The notes below the pieces were generated by a model. It was not told the DNA's origin. It worked only from the letters and a program-made list of their open reading frames with translations, and did not search any database. The position numbers were made by a program, and so were the translations under genes. This document shows positions 12,001 to 27,000 of a stretch of 46,379 bases of DNA, piece after piece; the first letter of the stretch is position 1; each line of letters starts with the position of its first letter. Origin of the DNA: Macrostomum lignano (taxonomy: Eukaryota); NCBI GenBank assembly GCA_002269645.1, contig NIVC01000060.1, forward strand, positions 1 through 46,379, in the 5' to 3' direction.

Positions 12001-15000
12001 GCCTGATAGAGCGTGGCTCTCGAAGTTCCCGTCGACAGGCAGTCCTGTTGCTGCGTCGGAATTCGATCCGGTGGGCCGGTAGCGGGACAGCAGAATCGGG
12101 TTGGCGATGGCGTCTGGATATGGCGCATTTGGAACGGCAGGATTGAGGCTTGCAAACGCATTACTCGGACCTCAAAAAACTAAACAATGCATGTCAATGT
12201 CCCAGATATGCAACTGTTTTTTACTTACTGGCGGAGTCGCTGCAGCCGAGCAGCTGCCACTTGAACTCGAGTTTCCGCGTCCAGCTCAGCGGATACAACC
12301 GGAAGCCCAACGCGACGGGCTCGGGCAGCAAGCGGTGCCGAGACTCGTGCTGAGCCACGAAGACTCCGGTCAGAATCTGTGGAAAGAATTGAGGCTGTCT
12401 GTGTGAGTAATTGCTCAATGAAGTCAATGGGGAAGCCCATGCAACTCACCCAGCCGTCTCGGTGCAGGCTCCAGTACTTGCCCTCCTCGCTCACCGCGGC
12501 CCTGAATGACGTCACGTAGTTAGAGTTGTCTCCGGCCTGGTTGACGAGGGCGCCGCCGCCGATGGCCACTGCGAACAGCCGGCAGCGTCGTGGAAGAATC
12601 GCCTGCAGAGTTGGCGCGTTCCTCGACCGTTAGTCAGCTGGTGCGAAATTGGACTTCAAATTACTAGGCGGAGCAAGCTGCACCTCCAAAAGGTCTTACC
12701 TGGACAAAGACTGCGGTAGTGGCTGGATTGTCGCTCAGGTACGCAAGCAGGCTGGGCGAGAACGCACCCATGCTGCTGTTGTCCAGCTCATGGAACACCA
12801 GGTGCGGCGCCATCTTGCCAGCAGTGTAGGAGTCTGACTCGACAACGAACCGCTTCTTCCGCCTTCTGTAGGGCTGAATGAGTCCGGAGTAGCCGATCTT
12901 GTTCACCTGGATGCCGTAGACGGAGTCCCAGCAGCTGCCCAGCGACTGGTTATTAGAGAACACCCTGATAATGGTGAGGTTGCTGCCAGCGCTTTTCGAC
13001 TGCTGCCAGGTGACGCTGATGTTGGCGAAATCGTCCGTGTCGAACACCACAGGGTCGGAGAAATCCGAATCCAGCGATGTGAGCTCAAAGTCTGCATATC
13101 TGTAGTCCTTGCGCTCAACGGTGCAGCCGCTCAGCCTGATGTGGCTGCTGTTTCCCGTCAGCATGACGATGTAACGTTTCTAGACAAGGCAGAAGTTTTC
13201 AGACCATCAATAATTTCCTGACCTATTTGAGTTTTATTTTAAGAGATTTTCTCACGTTTCTCATGGCTTTGTCGTATCCGTACTGATCCGTGAGCCAAAT
13301 TTTTAACGTTGTTGTTTTCAAGCGGGCTTGGAAATGTACTTCCTGCTGAGGGATCGCGGCTGCCACAACGCCTCTCGGCATCCATTCTGGCCTCACTTGC
13401 ACGTTCTCATCGAGAGTGTAGTCTGAGAAAGGAGAGTTGCACTCGTAACGAATTTCTGAGTAATCTGTACATAGAATTTGGAGAGTACATGTAAACCTTC
13501 TACCTTATTATGCAGCCTATCCTAAGTTATTGTTTCCTAGAGCAAATTAAAGAGATGATACTTGTACTTACACTCTTTGCCATATACATGCAGAGCAGTG
13601 ATGCTCAGCGGGGATCCGTGCTCGATCCTCCGCACAATGGCCAGGTATCTGGACGGTTCAGAAGCGACGCAGGCAACGACGAGCTTGGAGCTCAGGATCG
13701 GCACCTCGACAGATCCGCACTGGGGCCACGCGTCGAAGGCCGAGCCGCCAAGTGCCGGCTGCCAGACGATGCTGGTGAGCAGCCGAACTCCAAACTGGCT
13801 GTGAGTGGCTTTCAGGGTTGGGATTCGCTGCATCAGTCAGTTTCGATATGAGTACAACAAAGACCCTTTAATCCCCCATCCAGTTCAAAAACTTTCAGCA
13901 TAGCTAATGGCTTGTTGAGTCTTTACTATGCACCAAAGAAGCATCAATGCGGTTAACGTAAACGATTTTGCATTAGTGTTTCTCAATAACGTCAAACTAA
14001 ATATGAACAAACTACCTGTCTCCATGTCGACTCCGGAGATGAGGTGCAGGCTCTTGAAGTCAACAAGAAGACTGTTGACTTGCGTTCCGACCACAGGTGC
14101 AACGCTATTAAGGACGAGCGTCAGAAATCCTTGAGCAGTTCTACCGCTGATTTTGACCTTCTGACCGTTATAGTAGATGGTCTTGAAGTAGGCGATGTTG
14201 TGTGAGTACGGTTGCGATCTCCAAGGCTCGTAGTCGTGAACTTCAATGAGTGCAAAAATATTTACGAGTATTCTTACTTTTTCTGTTTCAGAAACAGTGT
14301 TTGGGTTTGTGAAAAGATGATCAATTTCCAGGGAATTTAGTCGCGGAATTTCTGTGGAAGGCTACCAGTTTGCAAAATTGGCCGGGATGTGGGACAACCT
14401 CGCTTCGAAATTAAGGGGGTGTTGAGCCAGAAATAACGGTAGCGAATAAAATTCAATACCACAAGTATAATTTCTGTATTTTAGTTAGGCAATTGGTATT
14501 TGCGTATTTTACCCAGTATAATTCTTTTATTTGAACCGACTTCGACAGCCAAAAATAAGCTGAGTAGCGAAACAAGAATATCTCAAATACTCGTAGCATA
14601 AAAAGATTAACATAAAAGTGAACACAAATAGTGTGAGACCAGAGGGCAAGAGGGGGTAAGAGCACAGAGGATGAGAGTACAGAGGTGAAATCATATTGTT
14701 TCACGGAATTCCGCAACGCACCCGCGGATCGGAGACTCTTTCCACAAACCCTACTGTATTCAACTAGGAGGTCTTTTGGAACTCACGGCAGTTGTGTCGA
14801 ATGCAGTCTTCTGTGGATAGTGTGACGGATTCTCGGCAATAGGGTGATCTGCCTTCGGTGGCTGCATAAGTATAAATAATTAAAAAATGCATTGAGGAAT
14901 TACAAACAATGGCTACTTTCGTTGAGTGAAACAATATTTCTGCAGGGCAAAAGCACTTACGACTAATGCAGTAATTGCGGAAGTGTCTTTTACTGCTTGT

Positions 15001-18000
15001 GGTTGCTGGCCTGCAAACCCGGCCCCTTGCAGTCACGTTGATCTTGTAGACAAAGTTCTCATAATCACCAGTTGATAGAAGACAGTTAGCTGAAAGGTGC
15101 TACTAAATTCAAGTTTGAGAAAGCATAGCAAGTGCAAGAAGTACTAGATCGATAGTGAACAAGTCTTACCGCGCATTCGAACTCCGCTTCCAATGATGGA
15201 GCCAGCAGCGTCAAAGTAGGACGCAGAGAACGGGAAGCCCCGGACCGAAGCTCCGCTGCCTTCGCCAAGGAGCGGACGGTAGCAGTCTGGATCGGGAATG
15301 ATGCACATGACCCAATGAAAACGATGTTAACAATCATAAGAACTGATTTTTGCTTTGGATTGTTAGCCGATGTTTACCTCTTTCGGCTGGCACCACAGTC
15401 ACAATTCTCCTATTAAAGGCTGGCCGAGCAACTCCCACCAGATCGGGCGGCACGCTGCAGGCAAACACAGTGGAGTTCGAATACTGAGTGCTGCTGGTGC
15501 TGAAGCCGCTCTGACTGCCCTCCAGCAAATGCAGCCGATCGTACAGCAGCCTGCGGTACCGGTTGCTGCCGAAGTCCGGCTGCTGAACACAAGCTCTACT
15601 GTAGCGGCCACCAAAGCTGGCCCTCTGATCCGCATAGGCCACATGACTCACTAACATCGTTACTTTTTCGCCTGAATTAGAGTTGAGTTCGTTTTTTAGA
15701 ATGGAGTTTGCACATTGACATTTTGCAAAATGCTTAATTGTTTAACGCACCGTTTCGTTGGGGTGCCTGCGGCAGCTGGCAGGCGAACATCTCCTTGGTC
15801 CCAGCTTCGTGTGCAACGATGGACGCTTGCATTGTGCTGTACACGCCGTAGATCTCAGACGGCTGGCCGAGCTTCCAGTGCGAGTTTGGCACCGCTGTGC
15901 CGTCGAACCAGAACCAGCCGGAGTCGTTCCGCTGCATCCCGATATGGAATTCAAAATCGTTCCTGAATGAGGAGAGTGTTAAAATACTTCACGGTAAATT
16001 GTATTGTAGCTACGCGTTTTTTTGTAATTTTATCTAAGTTCTTTTATCTGTTCTACGAGCGCTCAATCTTAACCGAATCACAAGTCCTGCATGATCTTTA
16101 CACTAACTTGATTTTAGTTATCACCTCATTAACTGAATGCTCTTCCTAACGGAGAGGGAAATGTTGAACGCTTCAGTTTTTTTGCTCCATGGTTGTTACT
16201 CGAATGACTAACTTACCGCAGCACTAATACCACAGTCATATACCTAGTGCAGTCCTAATACCACATCAGACTCACCAAACACTCAGGAAGCTCATCACGG
16301 CCGCGTCCTTCGGCATCAGTAAGCTTCCTCGGCCACCAGCCCAGAAGTAGGAGCTGCACAATCTGTGAGCACTGCTCTGCAAAGCCTTCACGGCGCCGAA
16401 GTGCAGGCAGATGTCTCCGTGTGGGGTGAAACCTGGCGGACAGGGACTGGCCTGGACGCCCCAGAGGGACACTTCCTCCGGCTGCAGAGACCCGTTGGTG
16501 ACGTGGATTGTAAGATGGATCGGCGTCAGCAGCACCGGGAACTCGAATATCCATCGGGCTGAGCTTTTCTGGAACTGAGAATCGTGATTTTAACGCGACT
16601 GTTATTTGTTCGAGCAAAAGCACCGACGCTTTTGATAATCAAATGGATTTTTTAGCTGTTTCAGTACGATTTTGAATATGCGCTGTTCTGTTGTGCAAAA
16701 TAACTTCCACAGAATATGAATCGAGTCTTATACTTTGTTTTTCGCTGTTTGCGTTGTTTTACTCCTTTCTCTTTATTATCTGTCCGGCCATGGATTCTTT
16801 CAGAGACATATCTCGTTGCAAATCGGTTGCCCTCCGTTCTGTCTTTTGTATGTTATAGGAGAGGAGACCAAGGAGCATCACGACACCCTCACTGCCCTTA
16901 CTTCAATAAGGTTCGGCACAAATATCTCGGCTACCCCCAGCGGATGGACTAGCTGACCACCCCAGACAACATCCGTGATTTTCGCCCCTTCGTCTGAGAT
17001 ACAGGCCTGATGAAGATTGCCGATTCCTCCCCTGCAAACATGCCGTTTACTGGCGGGGGCTGGGTGCGCCCCCAAGATTAGGCCTTGGCTTCTTCTACCT
17101 CAGGGGTTGCAATAGGAGCCTCGCGGCCTAACCCGCCAGTAGTAAGTAAATTTGCTCCTCTCCAAGGCGGCGTGTTTAGTATACGGGCGTATTTTTCCTC
17201 CAGTGCCCTGAAGTGGACTGGATCGTTGTGTTTATTACACTCCAACCCTCTTAGCTCGTACTACTATAATTGATGCACCGAACTGGCACACTTTGTTTTC
17301 CATATTATCAATACGAGTACACAATATGATCAGTAAAAATAAATTAGCAATCATCAACTCACCAGCCACTTTGTGCCACGCACAGTCAGTACCGAGTCTG
17401 GCTCGCCTGCAATGTCACTATAAGAGACGTAGAAGCTCAGATAGGAAGCCGCAGTCCTGTTCACCACGATTCTGTTCACGTGGAAGAAGGAGCGGAAGCT
17501 GATGCGCATTGAGTTTGTCTCGGTCATAGCTTTTCCTATGTCAGCGATTTCGGTTGCATCTACAATAGAAATTATTTCGAGGGCGTCTTTGTTGTCGTAA
17601 GATACCTTGACACAAAGACCTTGGGCTTTCCATTTTAACTCACTTGGATCTTGAGGATAGCCTACTAAGTCTAGCTTGATTTGCCTATAGTGGCAGCAGT
17701 TATAAAGGTGTATTTTGAGCAACTTCGCCAGAATAGAGCGCTGAAAATTGACTCGCATAACGTTAACGTCGTCGTATGTTGCATCGAGTGTTATCTGAAA
17801 AAATTACCCGTGCTTCTACTTAGCGTTCGGACGTTTAACATCTGTAGCGACTCTTCGGTTTACTTGACTATTTTTATAAAAAAGCCAGCTACGTGCATAT
17901 AATTTCAATTTAATCAAACCATGCAGTATTTGCACTAACGCTTCTATTGTTCACCGATTTTAGTATAGTTCTAATCTAATTAGTAATATAAGCTATTAAT

Positions 18001-21000
18001 ATAGCTGCCAAGTCTTGGACGGGAAATCCTAATGTGAATTCCCAGTCCCAATCCATATACTAAAAATGAAATTTTTCCTAATCCTCTATCAGAACTTATT
18101 TTAAAAATGACAATCAGGCAGTCTAAAAGCGTAAAATGTTCTTTTAAGTTTTCTTGAAAGCAGAAAGGAAAAAAATCGTTATAGGTTTAAAATTTAAGAT
18201 TTGTCTACGGTAAATAACGCATAACACATAAGAGTAAACTGTTTTTTGCAACAGTCCCTCGTTCCACTAAGCCAAGAGACAATAGTATTATGTCTTTTTG
18301 TCTGCTAGCGTTGTTGGGAAGGTTATCTTTACAATTAATCAATCAATTTTCTTTCTAAATTTGACTTTTTTCAATTGAACAAGTATTTTTTAATTAAGCC
18401 GTTTTGTTTTACTTTATTCAATTAATTTTCCTTGTGTGCTTCTCGGGTCACATTCTACCTCATTTTACCCATGAAGCATGCTTACGGTGCCCTTATCCAG
18501 TACGTTAACGAAATACTCCAGACGATTTCTGTTGCTATCCGGGCTGTACTGCAGTCGCATGCTGCGGCATCTGCCACGCAGATAATGCCAGCCGTAATGA
18601 CCGTACCACTGATAGCTCCCTCTCGCCAGTGCACCGGTCAGTACGAATGCTTGCGGCAAGTAAATATAAAAATTGCTATTTAAAAAGCTCTCATGAAAGC
18701 TCTCGTCACCGGGAAATTCAATCGGCACTGAGTAAGCATCCGAGCAGTAGTCATAAAATGAATTTCCATTGTGAGTAATTCCAGTTGATGGATATCGTGT
18801 GCCAAGACCGGTGGCTACGTCATAGGCTTTGGGAAGATAATCAGCCTCTGTGGATTCTGGAAATACAATCGATGCAGTTGTTAATAAATTCATACCACAT
18901 ACCTTGACCCAATTATTTACGATTTTTAGCTCGTAGCCAAACTTACCAAGAAGCGATCCGTAGACTTCCAACTCGGCAATCTTTAGAGGGCACGCCGCTA
19001 CACAAGCTGCTATCTTCGCAACACCGACTAGCCTTGCCAACTGAATGCAAAATATATAGCATGATATGTTAGCCTCAAATTACCTGCAACTTCCTGTAAA
19101 ATGAGGTACAAAACAACAATTCAAAGCCCATACTTGTCCAATGTTGCTTCTCCAAGGATGCTTCATTACTTCGTGAAGGTTTTCCGCTACAATAATTCGA
19201 TCTGTAAGCGAATGCCTTGATTGGTTGCTGATAAAGATGGCCACGTTTACGTTTGGCTCTCGGGAAACATCGTCTAAAATTACCATCGAAATATTGAAAC
19301 GAAATTAGCTTAAATTACTCATTTTTGCATGTGTTGCGCATCACCTTCATGGTACAATGAAGTTTGGCAACCCAATTGCTGCCCGCCTTCAGTCGGTGCT
19401 CACATATTGAGTCCTCTTTCAGCTCTGTTACAAGCTATTGTTTATCTTTCTGCTAGTATTAGCCCTGGCAGAGTAGTCTCTAAGCCAAGAATTGTGACCC
19501 TAATAGTTAAAGTATGATTTACTTTTGATTATAACTTTTATTTATTTCAGTTTAACAAAAGTGTGAGTTGTTCATGACATTAACAGTAACTTAAGTACTA
19601 ACTTGCGACACTGGCGTGGTACGGCCAAACAAGAACAAATTCAACATAGCACAGGGCCTCAAAGTCGATTGCAATCCATGGTAGGCTACCAGAGTCGCTC
19701 CAAATTTTACGATCGTATGCACCATTTCTCTCGCCATCATTGATTCGTCCCGCTGCTGCTGTGTTGCTGGCAATCACTTGGCGATATCGGTGTATTTGTA
19801 GGGCCGGCGGATTGTAGACTGTTCGGTCTGTAATCGATTTTAGCGAGAAATAGCAAATACATTACCTTTTAAAAGCTCGTTTCACAAGCTCAAACAAGAA
19901 ATTGCAACTGTATCACTTGAGGAAATCAAAGTCAAGAGCCAGATTATCCGATATTTTTGATACTAATAATAATAAATTACACCTGACTTATTGGCCAGAT
20001 GTACAACCGACAGCTCAGCCGCAGCTATTGCGCGGCGCATAGAAGGTTGCGTACGGCTGTTCAGTCCAAGGACTGGGGGTCGCCACACATACCCTCCACA
20101 CATACCCCAGCTAATGCTGGCACCCATTTTACAGCTGGGTGAACTGAAGCAATGCAGAGTTTAGCGTTTCGTTCAAGGACACAAATCGATTCGAGTGGTT
20201 AGAGAATCGAACCCCCGACCTTTCAGCCGGGAGTCCGACGCTCTATAACACTAGGCTACAACCCCCTTTTATTTTTGAGCAGAGTAGCTCAGTTTAAAAC
20301 GATTCTGATTTTCATCCCACTAAACCCTGGTTCCATTCCGTGCGTGGCCACTTTCTGGATCTAGTCCATGAAAACTGACGCGGGGTTGTCGACGGCCAAC
20401 CCCCCCCCCCCCCCAAACACAGAGAGTGCACATGTCTGATAATTAGAAAGTCAGGACCGCTGTACACCCTGTGCGAGCTGCGAGCATGAGTGCGTGCCTG
20501 CGTACAGTATTAGCGCTTGTATTGCTCAGGAGTCAGTGCTGGTTGTAGGACGATGTCTCCGAAGGCGCTAATCCAGGGTGTCCAAAGTTCTCTGTGGCTA
20601 TTTATGAGCGCATATATGTTGTTATGTTTTATTCCGCTGATAAATTTTTAGAGTATCATGCATTCATAGAATGCTACTGTAAGTAGAGTAAATGCAAACA
20701 TGCGCAGAAATACTTAAACTATGAATCATGTTACTCTATATATAATGAGAAGATGAATCATGTTACTATCTATATTTTGAAAAATTTGTGTATAAATATG
20801 AGTACAAGCGAAAGATCCGAGCTGAAATCTCAGACTCGGAGCGGCCTCAAGAGATCTTGAGCTTTGTTAGAGCAGCCAAACGAGGCTACATCTCCCAGGG
20901 AGAAGTAAACCAATTGGTAAGCCTTTGTCGAACTCTTTGATATCTGATTATTGAGAGTTGTCTTATTGCCGGCCGTTATCGTTTAGTTGATTTTCATTGA

Positions 21001-24000
21001 GTTATTGAACTTGAGGCCTCCCTATTTTTAAGGGATTGGATAGGATCTGAGGAACGATTTTAATACGATGGATTGATTTTGGTACCCTAGAGTAACAGAT
21101 AAGGGCACACGACTCTGATTCTGTCTGCTAGTTCTAGAAGAAGACGCCTTTTTGGAGGACCTCGTTATTGTTACAGAGTTGACTTTATTACTAGGGCAAA
21201 TCTCTGATTTTTATCACTGATTCTTCCGAAGAATACATCCCGTACAACAATCCGACGTATCTGACCGACGTCGTACGACGTCTATGTAACATTACGTGTT
21301 TCCTGTTGGTCGGACGTCGGGCTGACGTCGAGGTCGTAGTCGGAAAATTAAATTCGCCTTAATTCACGTTATTCGCCTTAAATAATTAAATTAAGCATAA
21401 CAGTATTGCTTGCCAGTTCATCCCGCGAAAATAAATGTTAAAGCAGCGCGAAATAAATTTTTGGACTGCGACTTCGACGTCGGCCCGACGTCCGACCAAT
21501 AGGAAACACGTAATGTTACATAGACGTCGTACGACGTCGGTTCAGAGGTCGGTGCGACGTCGGATTGTTGTACGGGATTGACGTCGACGGATTGAATTGT
21601 TACGTTCATTAAAGTGCTCATACTCGGCCGACTTCAGAATTCAAGAAACTCCGAAGGAAGACTACATTGAGAAGACGAGCTCTACGGACCTGCCCGACAA
21701 AGAAGAGGAGCCCGCGATAGTAAGTAATCACTAAATTCTGTTCCCAGACTTGCGATCTGGAAGTGGGGGTTTTCGAGTGACTGATCACCACTCCTAAACT
21801 CCTAAATTTCTCTCACCTGAAAGACAGCCATACAGCATCCAGCGGGATTCCCATCGGTTTCTGTATCCGCCTCGATGCAGCCTGAAGCTCCTAGCAACCA
21901 GCTCTGGTATGAAGCTGACGAACGAAGCAAACCATGGCTTTGCTCCGGCTTTTTGAATCTGCATTGCATATCAAATGTGTGACATCACATTCTTACTGTG
22001 GAAAATCTTTTATAGCCTTTGGCACTCCTTCAGGTCATGCATTTTAATTTTATATTCGTAACTAGCGTATTAGCTACAAGGGCGAAGTAAAGTAACGTAT
22101 TTTACTTAATTAGTCCTTGATTAGCTCATGCCTAGAAGTGATCAATAAAAAAGTCTTTTAAATAAATTTTTATTCTGTACAGAACAATAAAGTTTTAAAT
22201 TATTGTTCTGTACAGAACAGACCTTAAGTACAGACTTAAATAATTTTTAAGTCTGTACAGAAAAACGTACACACCAGCTCTTCCCGACCCTCTCAGTTCA
22301 GACCCAGTTAACAAGTAATTTAATAATTACGATATAAAATTTGACCCAATGATTTTATATTGTGGTTTTTTACTGTGAAACTCTTGCCACCTTTTCTATC
22401 AAAAAATCTCATCGATTCTTATCGCCTTCGACCTGTGAGTAATTTCAATTGCTTTTGATGCCTTCCTAGGTCCAAAAACTCATCCAATGCTCTACTTTCG
22501 ATACAGGGAGATGTACGAGTACATTTTTTAGCACGAATCGACCCATTAAACTCACCACCGGACTGTACGGTGAGTAGGAGATGCCGTCTGTAGAGTAATA
22601 TACATACAAATCGTAGTTGATTTGAAAGTACGATGGATCAGTCCCAGCTCGATCTGTTCCTGGTTGAACAGCCATGACAAACACATTGACCATTTTGGAG
22701 AAGGTTGCCTAAAAAGTAAATCGATGCAGAAGAGTCTACAAAATGACATTCACCTCAAAGTTTTAGGAAGAAAAAACTGTTAAAATTCACCTGAATGTAC
22801 TCCCTGAAGTCACAATAAGAGTTAATATTTCCAGGCGCCCACATTCCGAGTTGTCGATCGTCTGTAAAAACACAAAGTGTAGCACTCTAGGCAGTTGAAA
22901 ACTGGCTGATACCATCAATTAGAAAGTCAGGATTAAGGTAATACTTTTTGCAACTTTAGAGTTTTGCTTTAAATTTTTTTTTACAAAAACGACACTCACT
23001 CGGTATGTCGAACAGAACGTGCGCCCTGGTGCCGTCCGAGCCGCTTCCCAGAGTCGTGTAGCCGACAGTTTTCACGTCAACCGCGTGACTAGCGTTAGTT
23101 ACAAACAGATCGACTAAGAGTGCATCGCTGATGCTGATGTTGAGTCTCGTCTGAGTCCAGGACAGCCTAACTAGCAGGTAGTCATCGGTGATAGCAGAGA
23201 TTGTGTTGTTGATGATCACCTGCATAACGGCTAGATTTGTCTGGGTGACCGAGTCACCTAAGCGGATTGAGCAGTCAGTAGCGACAACGGAGGAGCCGTT
23301 GCCTTCAAGTGAGATTTCCCAGCGCAACTGCAAAATTGAAAAAAAGGCAAAAGGACGACTTTTATTTTAAAGTTAAAATTTAGCAGTATCGCTATCTTTA
23401 AAAGCAACAAAACTACTTATTAAATAATTCTTCGTACAATCTAGCAAGCATACATTATTGAGTATGTCAGCGTGTTCGTAGTGCTCTGTCAGCCACAGCT
23501 TGATCCCCGTCCTCCTCAGCCGAGCCTGCAGCGTCAAAACTTGATCTCTGGTGGCGTTTCTCATCACAATGGCAGGGACTCGGCGAATCAGATATGGAAA
23601 CGTGCGAACCTCTTCAAATTTTTCTATAAGGTTATACGATTTTCAGGTATTTAATGGTTATTAAGTAAACTATTATGAGGATTACAGGTAATGGTAAAAT
23701 ATTATAGCTTACAAACTCGATGTTACCTGAATGCAACTTTGTTCAACTGATATCTTGACACCATGCATTTTTCGGCCCCCCCCCCAACCTGGCCTTCAGT
23801 GATTCTACACGGTATTTGTTATTTGAAATCACCTTGACCCTAGCTATAAATTTTAGAGCTAGAGAATTTAGTTTGTGGAATTTTACATAGGCAGTACGCA
23901 TGGTGAATGAATAAACGATGAAATGTAGACAAAAATGAACAATTCGTTCTATTCGAATGTGTTTTGCATACGATACTGAACCAAAATTTATATTAGAGTA

Positions 24001-27000
24001 AAATTATTGTGATTTTGCTCACCTTCTTCAGCTTGAATTTTCAAGTTTCGGATACCCATTTTTCCCGTTGAAACGCCCTGCAAAAAGACAATATATCGAC
24101 CGCAGAGACGGCTAAGGCATCGCATCTGCAGTGACGAGGGCGCACTCATAGGTAGGTTGAATCTGTAGCACTCAGGCCAGGATTCAAACGCCAGGTCTTT
24201 CAGACTGGAGTTCCAATTGTTTCCAACTTTTACAGAGAAATTGTTGGTCGCTGAAGATTGAAGTTTTTATTAAAGCTGATAAATTTGATCTATATACTAA
24301 TGACAAAAGCATATTTTTTTAGATAAGGGAGACTTCTACATAACGGAAAGGAAATCAATTTCAGTAAAACATATAGCCTATATTTAGCTACACATTGACT
24401 AAAATATCTGTTAATGGATCGATCGACTTCACAACCGATGTAACCATGTACAATGTACCTAGTAGCTGGCGATAAACTTCTTTCCGATTTCATTTATATT
24501 AATACATTTTATATTAAACTAGGAAACTCGTATAAATTCTCTTGATGTGAACTACATGTACGTACACAATAAACAAAACAAAGGTTTTCTGAGTATATAT
24601 TTTTGAAGAGTGACGCCAATGGCGTTGCCAGGGGGTGGGAAGAAGTGACCTGCGACCCCCAATAGGCTTGACTCCCTTGATCACAACATTAGCAGCTTCC
24701 CAACAACTATTTTGGCGCCACCGTGGCTGGCTAACATATTATTCCCTAAAAAACATAACGATGGAAAACTCACTTAGTGAAAGGTCCGCGTGAATGTATC
24801 CAATGCAGTGGCTGGATTTTAAATCAACGAGAAGTCGCCAATAGTGCTTTGGCGTTGCAGAAGATATACCGTTAGTGTGCAAATAAACGTACTCCATATT
24901 TTCTCCAGGATTGGATATAATGACATCGTTGAAGTAAAATGTTTTTTGATAAGTAACGGAAAACATTTGCGTTGCGGCACTTGATCCCGATGGCGGGTAG
25001 TAAAAATGAGCTAAAAAGCGAAATAATTTCTGTAATAAATGACAATTTTATTGCTAAAAAACTCTTAGAATGACGTCATCTTACAGCACAAAAAGTCGTC
25101 CCTGGACTTATGGCAGGTTTGAGTGTCACCTGAATTAGTAACTTGGCACGTTGTTAAACCTCCAGTTGAAACTGAAAGTAGAATAATGAGATTAGGACAC
25201 AATATTTGGTGACTCACTTTACTGCTAAAATTAAACCAAATCAAGCCAAAGCAAGTCAGCTCTCCGGCCAGTCTCACCAGTGATGCAGGATCTATTGAAT
25301 CTTGAGTACCGTCCGTTCCAAGGCACGCATGCTCGTCCATAGTCGGTCATCGTAATCCCATAGTCGTAGAAATTTGAATCTCCTCCAACTACCGTGCACT
25401 TTAAGTGATCTGTACAGTTCAGTTATTCATATTGGCTTAGAAATAAGTCGGAGCTAAAGTCAATGAATTTTTCGCATAAAGATATAGATTAGCTACCTTC
25501 ATATTTCAGAGCCGCACCAATCAAAGCACCATCAGGACTTCGTCGGTAGTTGCTGCTGGAGGCCGACACTTCCACATCAAGCTTGCCGGCGATGCCGTTC
25601 AGCAGAGGCTGTAGACAGTCTAAATGGCGACGATGGCAAAGTCGAAATTCCAATTAACTTCAACTTTGATTTTATTAATAATTTTGTCATTGAACGCAAA
25701 AAATAAAAGTATAATATACACTATTAATGATGTCCATGAACTTGTTTATTTAGTCCATCTATGTTTCAATGCAAGATACATGTTTCTGTATCATACGTTG
25801 AGAAAATGAAAAATCTATTTACGAGTAGTTCGCGCCACTATTGCAATAGCTCAATAACCAAATTAATGAAATTGTTGCACATAAGCTCTCACCTTGCTTC
25901 ACTTGCAGTGGGTGGTATGTGACGTAATTCGACCTCCCGGAATGACAGTCACTCGGTAAACTTGTAATAAAGGTGCAGATGGAAGCACACGCAGCTACCT
26001 TACTACTTTGGCTATCTAAATTCAGCAGATGAATGGCCTGAAACAGCCCGCCTACATCGCTGATATCATCATCCAACCCAATGCTGCAGCTGTCCCCAGA
26101 GCTCAGTTGGACGGTGTGCCACTCGCTTTTCGATGCTGAAATGTGCAAAGAAAAACGGTAGAAAATATTAACAACATTATTAATAAATGCCATCAGTTTG
26201 AGCACTTACGTGTGTACTTGTCGATCTGGCAGATGAATTTCAGCTGCAGGCCGCAGGTGACGTCCACCATGGTTCCGGTGAAAGTGTCCAGCGCGGCACA
26301 GTTGGGCGCGGGCCGGCCCATGTAGAAGGCGCCAACCTCAGGCTGGGTGCCGTCACCCCAGACCCACTGGTTGTTGCTGGCGTTACGCTTGAGACCCGTG
26401 TGAAAATAACTGAAGTAACTTCTCTCACTCCCTGAGTACCTGTCATAATTTTTACGATTTCTACTTTTACATGTAGTTTCAAAATAAAGCGACTTGGTTC
26501 AAAAGAAAAAAAAGGAAGAACGGAATCACTTACTTTAAAGCAAATAACTTTCCGGTGTACCCTTGCTATTTTTTCTTTCTCTTAATGGCGACACAAACAC
26601 AAGATTTTGGCACTTCTATCGAAAAATAACTTAGTCCCTTTGTCCAAGAGGATTGGGAAACCACAGATATCATCCATCATATCCATTAATACTCAAATCC
26701 ATATTGATTGCTACTTTAACTCGAAATTAGATTATAGACTTTTCCTTGGACTTACTGAAAAGGGGTTGTAGTTTCGTGGTTAGAGCGTCGGACTCACGAC
26801 TTGAAGGTCGGGGGTTCGATTCCCGAATCCCACTGGAACAATTTGTGTCCTTGAGCAAGACACTCAACTCTGCATTGCTTCAGTCCACCCAGCTGTAAAA
26901 TGGGTGCCAGCATTAGCTGGGGTAATTGAGGGTTTGTGTGGCGACCCCCCCCCCCCAGTCTTGGACTGAACAGCCGTATGCAGTCTTCAGATCTGCCGCG

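Noticed and set aside
20700-20790. About 32-bp tandem duplication ATGAATCATGTTACT...
   Set aside because: Ordinary local slippage duplication in an AT-rich intron.
21241-21580. Repeated palindromic motifs suggesting a CRISPR array
   Set aside because: Eukaryotic context; the repeats are inverted MITE arms, not direct repeats with spacers.
24617-24723. Possible hAT-type MITE (CAATGGCGTTGCCAGGGGG...TGGCGCCACCG)
   Set aside because: TIR match too weak and no 8-bp TSD found.
26762-26835. tRNA-like sequences (also about 20195-20265 and 28790-28858)
   Set aside because: These are SINE heads continuing into repeat bodies; no complete cloverleaf or acceptor stem.
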